Source: an uncultured Gammaproteobacteria bacterium
Lineage (GTDB): Bacteria > Patescibacteriota > Microgenomatia > Levybacterales > UBA12049
Reading direction: 5' to 3'
DNA: 54,080 nucleotides
NCBI GenBank assembly: GCA_964610465.1
Contig: CAZSWA010000009.1
Coordinates: 1 to 54,080 of the forward strand
Under the pieces are notes generated by a model, which was given only the letters and a program-made list of their open reading frames with translations, was not told the origin of the DNA and searched no databases. This document shows positions 9,230 to 19,700 of the stretch, piece after piece; the stretch's first letter is position 1, and every line of letters begins with the position of its first letter. The translations under genes were made by a program, and so were the position numbers.

Positions 9230-10804
9230 TTGCATATAATCCATAACAATGGTAGCGTGACACAAGATGGTGATGCAATCAGTATTAATAGAATCAGCTC
9301 TAAGCAACAAGATGAAGGCTACTCACTTCCTCAGCAAGCCAAATTAAACAAAGAAACAGCTGCAAGAGATGGCAGACGGATAATAAAAGAGTTCAACATT
9401 ATTGAGTCTGCAAAAGCAAGCGAAAAACGAGATGATTTCAATGAAGTAATTGAGTACCTCAAAAAGAACGACAAAGTACAGTTTGCTTACATTGAAAAAC
9501 CAGATAGATTAACCAGAAACCTCAAAGACATTGTGCTCACATATGACCTTGTCAATAACTATGACAAAACCTTTGTGTTCTCACGAGATAACTTTATCTT
9601 AAGCAAAAGCTCAAACTCTCATGCAAAGTTCCAGTTTGATATTAAAGCAATCCTTGCCAAAAACTACATTGATAACCTCTCAGATGAGGTGAAAAAAGGA
9701 CAACGTGGAATGCTTGAGGAAGGTAAATGGCCTGGTGGTTCAACACCCACAGGATACATCAAAGTAAACAAACTACTAGTCCCAGATGCAGAGCGAGCAC
9801 CATTTATCAAAAAAGCATTTGTGTACTATGCGTCTGGCAAGTATTCACTCAAAACTGTCAAAAAAGCACTAGATAAAGAAGGCTTCAGGACACTCAATGG
9901 TAAACAGTTGACTAAAAGTAATTATCATCAAATTCTGAACAACCCAATCTACTATGGCGTCATTCGCTGGAACAAGAAACTCTATCAAGGCAGTTTTGAA
10001 CCACTTATTGACCAAGCACTATTTGAGCGAGCACAAGCAATGCTTATTCGTACTAAAAACGGTGAGACAATCCCAACCTATAGCAAACACTTATTCACGT
10101 ACCAGCGGGCTCTCAGATGTGGTGAGTGTAATTGTCTAATAACAGGGGAAATGAGAACTAAGAAAAACAAAGGCAATGGCAAGGTACACAAATGGATTTA
10201 CTATCACTGCACACACTTTAAGAACTGCTCACAATGGGGCGTAGTCAGAGAAGAACGAATTGATGATGACATTGTCAAACTACTTGAACGAATACATATG
10301 GATGCAGAAACTACTGAACACCTGAAAAACAGACTTAAAGAAAGCCACTATGAACATGTTCAGTACAGAGAGAAAGTTGTCGGAGAGATTAACATCAAGC
10401 TCTTTCGAGTGCAAAACAATCTTGACCAAATTTATACTGACAAACTGGATAAGATTATTGATGAAGAGACATTCAAACGAAAAAGAGCTGAATTTCTCAA
10501 AGAACAGGCTTGTTTAACAGAGGAAATAAAGAAACATCACATAGCTGATAAGAAGTACGTTGACTTTGGCTGTCTTGTGTTAGATGTTGCTCATGTAGCT
10601 TCAAAAATCTACAAGGTTAGAAACCAAGAGCAAAAACGTCAACTGCTAAATTTCATATTTTCAAACCTCTATCTGCAGGATAAAACAGTGCGTAATAGCT
10701 TCAGAGAGATATATGTGGCACTACTGGAGTATCAGAGAACAAGGGATGTGCTGGGGATACCGGTCAAGAACCCTTTAGTCGTTATAGCCCCTGACTCACC
10801 CTGA
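9230..10804 (+). CDS. Large serine recombinase (LSR1); true start probably GTG at 9257
   Basis: Resolvase-type catalytic region RISSKQQ...SL..Q and DRLTRN; recombinase domain (PTGY, ILNNPIYYG, EPLID..LF); zinc ribbon CGEC..YYHC..C; coiled coil. Confidence 0.95.
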   Translation: MHIIHNNGSVTQDGDAISINRISSKQQDEGYSLPQQAKLNKETAARDGRRIIKEFNIIESAKASEKRDDFNEVIEYLKKNDKVQFAYIEKPDRLTRNLKDIVLTYDLVNNYDKTFVFSRDNFILSKSSNSHAKFQFDIKAILAKNYIDNLSDEVKKGQRGMLEEGKWPGGSTPTGYIKVNKLLVPDAERAPFIKKAFVYYASGKYSLKTVKKALDKEGFRTLNGKQLTKSNYHQILNNPIYYGVIRWNKKLYQGSFEPLIDQALFERAQAMLIRTKNGETIPTYSKHLFTYQRALRCGECNCLITGEMRTKKNKGNGKVHKWIYYHCTHFKNCSQWGVVREERIDDDIVKLLERIHMDAETTEHLKNRLKESHYEHVQYREKVVGEINIKLFRVQNNLDQIYTDKLDKIIDEETFKRKRAEFLKEQACLTEEIKKHHIADKKYVDFGCLVLDVAHVASKIYKVRNQEQKRQLLNFIFSNLYLQDKTVRNSFREIYVALLEYQRTRDVLGIPVKNPLVVIAPDSP

Positions 10805-10868
10805 AGCTAAATAAGACAAATGAGACAGTGAAACAACATATTCTACATGCCTATATTATAACCTATAG

Positions 10869-11579
10869 TTATATTGCGGACAACTCATCTATTTCTATTT
10901 TTACATCTTTCTCTTCTCGGATTAATCTTTTTAAGAAATTAATAACTTCTACTTTATTCTCCATATTAACAAGCATAGGAATGTCCATGTGTAAAGTTAA
11001 GTATATAATTCTTTCCACTGATGTGTCTCCTGGCAAGTATGTCAATAATTGTTCTCTTGCAGATTTTACTGCACTTGTGATTTTATTTTTTAATCCTTCT
11101 GGCATTCCCTGAGTAACTTCTCGAGTTACTAATTCTTCGTCTTCTGTTTTAAGCCTTCTTGTGTTTTCCAAGATGTACTTTCTCTCGTCATCTGAAAAAC
11201 CGACATTTTTTGATTCAAGCAAACATATTGTCCCTCTGGGATTTTTTGCTTCAATATCAGGAGTCCTTGCATGATTATCTTCAGGGATGAATTTAACGTT
11301 TGTATAACCCGATTCAACGAGGTAATTAAAACCCCTCACCTCAGCCATTGTTTCAAAAAATTGGGACCAGCCTCGCAATGGATGTTTCGTTACTCGGCCA
11401 ATTAATTTCTGCTTAACGATTTCCCAACTTGCTGTATCTAATTTTTGAAGGGCAATTTCATAGGGTTCGAATATATTGGGTACCTGCTTAATCGCATTTG
11501 GAAGTTGAACTCTAATATCATCAGCCGGAGCATGAGCGTCTGCCGTTGAACAAAATTCCAATAGTCGTGTAAATTCCAT
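10869..11579 (-). CDS. Putative PD-(D/E)xK nuclease-like protein
   Basis: E..G...L...G...V.FIPE....TPDIEA...LLESKNV pattern. Start moved to the ATG at 11579 to remove overlap with the divergent gene. Confidence 0.6.
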   Translation of the reverse strand: MEFTRLLEFCSTADAHAPADDIRVQLPNAIKQVPNIFEPYEIALQKLDTASWEIVKQKLIGRVTKHPLRGWSQFFETMAEVRGFNYLVESGYTNVKFIPEDNHARTPDIEAKNPRGTICLLESKNVGFSDDERKYILENTRRLKTEDEELVTREVTQGMPEGLKNKITSAVKSAREQLLTYLPGDTSVERIIYLTLHMDIPMLVNMENKVEVINFLKRLIREEKDVKIEIDELSAI

Positions 11580-11640
11580 AGTGCCATTATACTCCAAACC
11601 TAAAAACATTTTCGGGAGAAGCGTATAATAATACTTAAAT

Positions 11641-12303
11641 ATGGAAAACAGTAAAAAATGTATTTTCTGTGGTAAACAAGCGGATACGCGAGAGCATATT
11701 CCGGCAAAAAACTTTTTTAAAGATATACCTAATAAATCTTTAATCACTGTTCCTACCTGTAGAATGTGCAACGTCAGCTTTCAGAAGGATGAAGACTTTT
11801 TCAGGCAATTTTATGTCTCCATGTTACAAGACAGATCTGCCGAAGCAAAAAAGCTCATGGATGGTGAAATAACTCGGTCTATACTCCGAGCGCCTGCACT
11901 CGGACAGCAGATGTTTAGCCAAATGAAATTAGTGGATGTTTATACAAAAGCAGGGGCATATAAAGGGAAAATGACCATGTATTCCGTAAGTGATTCGGAT
12001 AGGACAAGAATTGATCGTGTTGTTGATAAAATAGTCAAAGGTCTTTTTTATCATGAATTTGGACAAGTCATACCTGAGGATTGGGTTATAAAGAATATTT
12101 GGATTACTCCCAAAGTTGAAAAAGACCAGGGTCTTGATGAAATGGCCAAAAAGCCTTTATGGCGCGTTATTAAGGAAGACACTTTTGCTTATTGGGTAAA
12201 TTACGTGCCGGAAACTTTCCAATCGGTTTGGATATTGGATTTTTTTAAAATTCCACTCTTCTATGTCTTGGTGTTAGATAAAAAAACAGCGCATCAGGAA
12301 TAA
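11641..12303 (+). CDS. HNH-type endonuclease domain protein
   Basis: CIFCG...TREHIPAKNFF...TVPTCRMCN N-terminal zinc/HNH pattern. Confidence 0.75.
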   Translation: MENSKKCIFCGKQADTREHIPAKNFFKDIPNKSLITVPTCRMCNVSFQKDEDFFRQFYVSMLQDRSAEAKKLMDGEITRSILRAPALGQQMFSQMKLVDVYTKAGAYKGKMTMYSVSDSDRTRIDRVVDKIVKGLFYHEFGQVIPEDWVIKNIWITPKVEKDQGLDEMAKKPLWRVIKEDTFAYWVNYVPETFQSVWILDFFKIPLFYVLVLDKKTAHQE

Positions 12304-12348
12304 AAAAGAATCACTTCTTTATTTTATTACCTCTGTTATTAATCATTC

Positions 12349-14058
12349 TCATTTTTCTGTCTTGGGTAAACTTGTGATTTCCTCAGGCACCTCTCCTATT
12401 TGCACTACATGTCCAGATATGTCTAACGTATTAATTGATCTACTTACTTCCTTTTTCGTCCTAGGATATTTCTTAAGAAATTCAGGATTTTCACTTTCTA
12501 AGTAGACCGTACAATAAGTTCCTCCCTGTCCATTTTTGAGATCCCTTCCATGAAGCAATCCTTCTCGACGCAGTTTTTTTGCTGAAGCTGGATAGACGTT
12601 AAACTTATCTTTTAATTGTGAATTTGAAAACCACTCTCCTTCATTATAAAACAAGTGCTTCTTTAATAGAGGAATAACCCCTTCTTTTATATTCTTCCAA
12701 CAGTTGTTGCAATACAAAGCATCTGGTGTCCACCATGTTTCATTTCCATAATGACCTTCATAGCATATTCCGCAGTTATAATACCCATCTGTGTCCAGGA
12801 AAAATCCCTCTGGCTCTTTTTCGAGTCTTCGTTTTCTCGTTGCATCTATTCCTTCCTGTTCTCCTCTTATTTCCGCAAGTTTTACCCAAGTGCTCGCGCT
12901 ATATTTCATGCGCTTTTCAGGGTCTATTGGTTTTTGTGGTTCTTTTTTCTTTTCGTAAAGCTTTATCAAATCTTCCTCTCGTTCGTATCCTTTGAGTCTT
13001 CCCGACAGAAAACCCAATCGATAACTTACTCCATCAACCAATCGCCAGTTGGTGTTTTCTAGTGTACTTTTAATCAGCTTCTCAAGTGTATTTGTGCTGA
13101 TGTTTTCTCTTCGGGAAGTATCAGCATCCTGCAAAGTAAATGGAGTAAAAATAAATTGTCCAATTTCAGGCGAGCTAAAGGTAAGCTTTGTGTAGTTTGC
13201 TTTTTCAAGGACTTCTCCTAAAAGTTTTTCAAGTTCAACAATGGTTAGTTTCTTCAGCTTGCTTACTTGCTGATAAGCAGTATTGTCGTACTTTTGTCTT
13301 GCTTCCTGATGTATTTGATCAGCAAACTCCATTGCTTCCAGTTCAAATAAATACTTTTCTCCTTCTTCATCTGATAGGCAAAAAACTGTTCTATACTTTT
13401 CCAATAGCTTTTTATCTTCCTCCTCCTTTTTCTTTTGCTCCTCCTCCCATTTCTTATGTTCTGCATCGCTTTTGGTAAGATCAAGGATATCTTTTTTTGA
13501 ATAGCCGCAACCTTTGCATTTGTAAAGTGTAGTTATAATCTTTCCTTTCCTACTACCTTTTACATCCAGCTCTTTATTGCATTTGGGACAAAGGTCAGGT
13601 TCTGAAACACGAATTTCACCGTCATCGTACACCCATTGCTGCTTTTTACATTCCGAACATTTAAATAGGAACATCATACGCACAATTGGACTATCAAAGG
13701 TGTAATCAAGATGTTTTGAGAAATTAAAAAACATTGAACCTTTGCAAAGAGGACATTTTATACCTACCGGTACAGGAGTATAATCCTTTTTATCCTGCTT
13801 GAGCTTATCTTCATCCATCCACTTTTTGATTGTTTCTTTCTTGTTTTTATACTCCTGCGCTTGAGTGAACCATAAATGCCAGTACATAATTTTTGTAGTA
13901 TCACTATATTTGTCCTCTTTGGGCATATCTTTAAATTCTTCATTGGTTAAGCTTTTTTGATAGACGTCTTGGAACATTTCAATAACTTTAAGGCATGATC
14001 TTATTGTAGAAAGGTCGTAGCGGTCAATATAATGCTGTTCGTCATGAAGATATTGCAT
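12349..14058 (-). CDS. Hypothetical protein with multiple zinc ribbons
   Basis: CPLC, CSEC, CPKC, CKGC, CGIC and CNNC pairs; possible C-terminal HTH-like segment. Confidence 0.75.
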   Translation of the reverse strand: MQYLHDEQHYIDRYDLSTIRSCLKVIEMFQDVYQKSLTNEEFKDMPKEDKYSDTTKIMYWHLWFTQAQEYKNKKETIKKWMDEDKLKQDKKDYTPVPVGIKCPLCKGSMFFNFSKHLDYTFDSPIVRMMFLFKCSECKKQQWVYDDGEIRVSEPDLCPKCNKELDVKGSRKGKIITTLYKCKGCGYSKKDILDLTKSDAEHKKWEEEQKKKEEEDKKLLEKYRTVFCLSDEEGEKYLFELEAMEFADQIHQEARQKYDNTAYQQVSKLKKLTIVELEKLLGEVLEKANYTKLTFSSPEIGQFIFTPFTLQDADTSRRENISTNTLEKLIKSTLENTNWRLVDGVSYRLGFLSGRLKGYEREEDLIKLYEKKKEPQKPIDPEKRMKYSASTWVKLAEIRGEQEGIDATRKRRLEKEPEGFFLDTDGYYNCGICYEGHYGNETWWTPDALYCNNCWKNIKEGVIPLLKKHLFYNEGEWFSNSQLKDKFNVYPASAKKLRREGLLHGRDLKNGQGGTYCTVYLESENPEFLKKYPRTKKEVSRSINTLDISGHVVQIGEVPEEITSLPKTEK

Positions 14059-14070
14059 ATAACAAATCTT

Positions 14071-15846
14071 TTACTTTTTACCTAACCATTTATTCATTAT
14101 TTCAAAATATTCTGGATATTTAGAGACAACCTTCCTAAACGTTGCTTTAGTTTTTGGATTAACTGGCATCTTTGTAAGACAGTCTACAGCAACACTTATA
14201 TCTCCAATGCTAGTTATTCCATCTGGATAAATTAATAAATAATTCAACCATTGCAAAAACTCATCATAACCATTTTTATCATAAATCATTTTAAGTATTT
14301 TCCCGTTATAGTGATATGGCCACCAGCTTAACTGATAGAGATTATCTTTTGTCGCTGTTTGTTCTAAATACGGACGCTCCACCTGCAAAGATTTCTTCCA
14401 TAGATCAATACATTCTTCAAAATTTTTATCTATAAAATCAGATATAAAATAATACAAGTTAACCATGACATCATGGTCATAAGTTTGGGTTAATAATTTC
14501 ATGTATTTATATGAAATTTTGAATGTATCATCAAAATTTACACCCGGCTCTTTTGGTAAGTGCCAAAAAGACCAAGCAAATCCCGATTTGACCTCACTAG
14601 GATAACTTATTAAAACTTTTTCAAGCTGTTCTTTAAAATAAAAGTCATCAAAATTTTTTAATGACTCTAGTCTTTCTTTTGAAAATACATATTTTAAAGA
14701 TTCTGCATTAAATAGCTTTGAACGAAATTCCGCAAAGAAAATTAAAAGGTTTCGAGTTTCTTCTTTTTGGAATTTAGTTTTAATTTTCAATACTTCATAA
14801 TCACAAAGATAGGGAGGATTATGATTAATAGCTTCTTCATAGGAATACGCATAGGTAGGTATGCCATCTTCGCAGTTGAAAAGACTAAATGTATTATGCT
14901 CAACAGCATCTTTGGGTGTTGCAGTAAGACCTAATTGCAGAGCGTCAAAATAGTCAAAAATATTTTTGTAAACATTGTAGATCGATCTATGACTTTCATC
15001 TGCCACAATCATATCGAAAAAAAGAGGACTTAGTGGACAATCCTTATCCTCGATAATATTGAGCATTGTTGGATAGGTTGCAACATAAACTCTTCTATCT
15101 GTTACTATTTCACTTTCGCCAATTTTTGGCCAAACAGGCGCATTAGGAAGGTATTCTTTAAAAGCATCAAGAGCTTGATTGCGAAGAGCAATGCGATCAA
15201 CAAGAAATAGCACCTTTTGGACTCGATTGGTTCGCATCAAAACATCAGCCATTGAAACACAGGTTCGTGTCTTTCCCGTACCAGTTGCCATAACAAGAAG
15301 GGCTTTTCTCTTTCCTTTGTCAAAACTTTCAAAAACTGACCGAAGTGCCTCTATCTGATAAGGCCGCCCTGAGAGATCTCGGTTAATAAGCTCTTGAGAG
15401 ATAGGTTTCTCATTTTTTCTCAAGAAGAGAAGTCTTTCTAAATCCTTTTTTGTTGAGAAGCCATATACTTTTCGAGGTGGATATTTTTCTGTATCCCAAA
15501 AATAAATATCATTACCATTAGTGTAAAAAACAAATGGCATATCTCGGCCTGAGTTTTTTTGAATATTTTCAGCGTACTGCCTGGCTTGCTCTTGTCCGAT
15601 TCGTGCATCTTTTGATGTCTTTTTTGCCTCAACAACAGCTAATGGGTACCCATCGTCTCCAAGAAGTGCATAGTCTGCAAATTGGAAGCCTTGATATTCA
15701 TTCTCTGGCTCTTCAATGCCTTCTGGTAAACCTACCCAAATATCTAATTCTGATGTCACTTGAGCGGGATTATGTACATCCCAACCAGCTCTTAACAACC
15801 GTACATCAATTATCTCTTGCCGTGTTTTTGCTTCGTTAATATCCAT
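14071..15846 (-). pseudogene. hsdR: Type I restriction enzyme R subunit (N-terminal half) fused to an unrelated C-terminal fragment
   Basis: NEAKTRQEIID..L..AGW, ADYAL..LAVVEAKK, MATGTGKT, DESHRS, GLTATP. Helicase C-domain motifs are missing after about aa 362. Confidence 0.8.
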
Positions 15847-16110
15847 ATGATCATTTCTCAGCTATATTATAGCATTTGATAGCTTCAAATCGGTTAGAAG
15901 ATTCGTTCGAATCCGTGGCGAACGACCACATTGAGGAATTACGAACGCTAGCTTCAGTATCCAGTCTTTAAGGGCGTGAATGATGAGGGTACGGTTGCGA
16001 GGCTGCACGTGTTTGCTGCGGGCACTAGATGACATTAGAACCTCTTTAGCTTCAAAAAATTACAATTACATAACTTCCTTAATCTAAAATTGTGATATAC
16101 TTAAGTCTGT

Positions 16111-16359
16111 ATGTTGCCTCTTTTAATCTCTGGTTTATTACTGGCACTACTTATTGTCACCTTTATATTTCAGAATACATCGCCTGTTATCATGCATTTT
16201 TTGGCATGGCATTTTCAGGGGTCACTTGCCCTTCTTCTGTTTCTCACATTTATATTCGGAATCATTATCAGCTTATTGGTTGCTATACCATTGCTTTTTA
16301 GAGGAAGAAGAAAAAACCTTGTCACAAAAGAAAAAGCTGAAGATTTGTTGCACCACTAA
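16111..16359 (+). CDS. LapA/DUF1049-like small membrane protein
   Basis: F.FQNT.PV..HFL.W.F.GSLAL pattern between two TM helices. Confidence 0.8.
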   Translation: MLPLLISGLLLALLIVTFIFQNTSPVIMHFLAWHFQGSLALLLFLTFIFGIIISLLVAIPLLFRGRRKNLVTKEKAEDLLHH

Positions 16360-16367
16360 AGCTTTTC

Positions 16368-16721
16368 TTATACGTATTGTGCTACTCTTTCCAGCAACTT
16401 ATCCATATCAAATGGCTTTGTCATGTAATCATCTGCTCCTGCATCGTGAGCAATCTTCTCGGTATCTTGGTTTGCTGAAATCATGATAATAGGAATATGT
16501 TTTGTTGGTTTCTGACTCTTTAGATACCTACAAACATCTCGTCCATCCACACCTTTCATCCAAATATCTAAAAGTAGCAAGTCAGGTAAATAGTCACGAA
16601 CCATTTGCGCTGTATGCCCATTAGCCGTTGACTTAACTTCATATCCTGCATCTTCTAGCATCATTGTAAGTACAGCTACAATATCTTTATCATCATCAGC
16701 AACTACTATTTTTTTCTTCAT
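16368..16721 (-). CDS. Single-domain response regulator (CheY-like receiver)
   Basis: VADDD, LLLDIWM, PIIMISA, GADDYMTKPF. Confidence 0.95.
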   Translation of the reverse strand: MKKKIVVADDDKDIVAVLTMMLEDAGYEVKSTANGHTAQMVRDYLPDLLLLDIWMKGVDGRDVCRYLKSQKPTKHIPIIMISANQDTEKIAHDAGADDYMTKPFDMDKLLERVAQYV

Positions 16722-16775
16722 ACTATTTCTATCCTCTCGAAACAGGTCTTATTAGTGTATCACGGAAAATACAAT

Positions 16776-19700
16776 CTAGGATGTAAGAACTGTGTGAATG
16801 TTTGAATTATCTTTCTTTTTTAATGGTAACGTAAAATAAAATGTTGAACCTTTACCTTTTGTGCTTTCTACCCAAATTTTCCCATAATGTCCTTTTACAA
16901 TTTCTGCTGCGATATATAATCCTAATCCGAATCCAGCTACATTCATCTCCTTTTTATCACCTGTTCTATAGAAACGTTCAAATACTTTTTCCTGATCTTT
17001 CTTGGTGATACCAAATCCAAAATCTTGGACACTCACAATGGCATTTTTTTTATCAGTCGCAAGCCTAACAATCACTTTATCTGCATTTGGTGAGTACTTG
17101 ATAGCATTAGTAATCAGATTAACAAGCACCTGCTCAATGCGGCTTTGGTCTCCATATACTTGCTCTTTTATTTCTCCTTCTTTAATAATTTGATGAGTTT
17201 CAGTCGCATATTGAAAATCGACAATCGCCTTTGCGACTACTGCATCTAAATCAAATTTCTTTTTTTCGAGTACTAATTTACCTGCCTGAATCTTGCTGGT
17301 GTTGAGTAAATCATTAATTAGACTGGTCAGTCTGTCTGTTTGTTTATTGATATTTTGTATAAGGTAGGTATCTTTACTGTCTCCTCGAAGGGATAGGCGT
17401 TTCTCAAGAATCTGGGCATACCCTTTCATAGTGGTAATAGGGGTCTTGAGTTCATGAGAGGCAATACCGATAAACAGGTCTTTTTGTTTTTCAATGTCTT
17501 TACGATCAGTAATATCTTCAATAGCAAGCAGAATATTTTCTCCATCTTTATAAAACTTACGGGCATTGAGAAGCATGATCTTATGTCCGATTGAAGGAAA
17601 GGTATGCTCTATCTCATAATTATCAAAGGCATTATTTTTCGGCAAAATTTCATTTAAGAGCTTGCGCAGGACGGGAATATTCCATTGACCATTTCCTAAA
17701 TCGTAGACAAAGTTTCTCGTTGTTTCCTCTTCTGTTACTTGGAACAATTGCTGAAAGGATCTATTTGTAGTTTTCACTCGCAGGTCTCGATCTAAAATAA
17801 GCAAGGGCACTTGTACTGTTCTAATAATTGCTTCCGCATAATCACGTGCCTCAATGAGCTGTTCATTGCGGTTTTGTAACTCCTCATTCACGGTAACTAA
17901 CTCTTCGTTGGTTGACTCTAGCTCTTCCTTGCTTGTTTCAAGTTCTTCATTGATACTTTGCAGTTCTTCATTACTTGAGAGAATTTCCTCGTTTGCTGTT
18001 TGCAGCTCTTCATTGGTAGCTTCCTGTTCCTCGGTAATAGAACGCATATCCTCACGAACTTGAGCAAGCTCCTGTTCCAACTCTGCAATCCGCTTGTCTT
18101 TGGCTCCACGTTTAGAATGTGTTACTTTTTGCTCACTTGGCAATATTTCTGCTTGAGATACTCCCTTTGTATCTTCAAATAAAACCAGATAATGAGGCTC
18201 TGTTGCTGCTGCCTTGAGAGGGAGCACCTCTACTGTAACGTGCCGTATAGTGGGACTCTGACTTATTGGTATATTTTCTTTTCTGAAAGGACTACCACTT
18301 TTTCTTACTTTGGAAATAGCACTGCGTAGCTCAAATCCTAAGCCCCCTTTTGCCATTTTTATCAGATTAAAACTTGGCTTACCTTGATGAGGTTCGAGAT
18401 ATTCTCCAGTTGAACCACGAAATTGGATAATCTCTAAATCATTGCTTACTACAACACTTGCAGGAGTATAGTGACTTAAAAGGATCGTATCCGCTTCTTT
18501 CTGTATATCAACTGAATCTACTGCGTCTTCAACTATAACATCTGAACTACTTGCATCTTGCCTTTCCAACTTAGGATTTATTATGCCAAAATTAACTATA
18601 CCTCTTGTTGCTGCGCCTTTTTTGGTATAGATTTTATATTTTTTGTCGATTTGAGAAAAAAGCTCGGGAGACGAACCAACAGCTTCTGATTTTCCAAGTA
18701 TAAGAAACCCTGCTGGTTTAAGCGCATAATGGAAGGCACGAAGTATTTTATCTTGTAAACCTATATCTAGATAAATCAAGAGATTACAACAGCTTATCAA
18801 ATCAAGTTTGGAAAACGGAGGGTCACCAAAGACATTATGCGGAGCAAAGATGCACAACTCTCGAATGGACTTACTAATTTGATACACTCCATCTGTTTTC
18901 TCAAAAAAACGGGTTAGACGCTCAGGCGAGATATTAACAATTTCATCTTGTGAATAGATCCCTGTACGCGCTTTTTCAATCACAGATTTACTGACATCTG
19001 TTCCAAAAATCTGAACAGGAATGTTGAGTGACTTATCAGTTAAGAACTCAGATAACGATATGGCTATTGAATAGACCTCTTCACCTGTTGCACATCCTGG
19101 TACCCAGATACGGATTGGGTCTTTATCTAACCTATTCTCTACCATGCGTGGGAAGATTGTGTCCTGTAAAAATTGAAATGCCTGTGGCTCTCGGAAAAAA
19201 CTTGTGACATTTATAAGGAGATCATCGCAGAGAAGAGCTATCTCGCCGTTATTTTCTTTCAGATACTCTACATAATCTTTGAGAGTTTTGATTTTATTAA
19301 GAAGCATTCGCCTCCTGATACGGCGTTGCATCGTAGCTCTTTTATAATGGCGAAAGTCAATGCCAGAGCTTCTGTTCAGCATGGAAAAAATCTTTGCTAA
19401 TCCATCTGCATCCTCAGGCAGTTCCCGATTATCTCGTGATGTTTTAAGCTGTTGTAAAAAGGGATGGTTATTCATCCTTGTTAATTCCTCGGCAATTCTA
19501 GTAGGTGAAAGAACAAGATCTACATACCCAGAGGCAATAGCAGCTTTCGGCATCCCTTGGTATTTAGCTGTTTCATCTTGAGCAAAAGTAATGCCACCTG
19601 CGCTTTTGATAGCCTTAAGTCCAAGCGTGCCATCTGAAGCGGTTCCTGATAGAACAACACCAATTGCTTTCTCCTTTTGACTTTCGGCAAGAGAGCGGAA

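Larger units (their letters stand above)
590..10751 (+). mobile_element. Putative LSR-mobilised element 1 (about 10.2 kb)
   Basis: Bounded by a GTGCTGG direct repeat (588-594, 10748-10754). The right end lies inside the 3' end of an LSR gene, and the cargo is heterogeneous. Confidence 0.5.

Noticed and set aside
571-10813. 13-bp identity CTGAAGCTAAATA at 571-583 and 10801-10813
   Set aside because: It is close to both junctions but on inconsistent sides of the core, and such matches can arise by chance in AT-rich DNA.
11580-11771. N-terminal extension of ORF 10869-11771
   Set aside because: It overlaps the divergent HNH gene; the ATG at 11579 is the better start.
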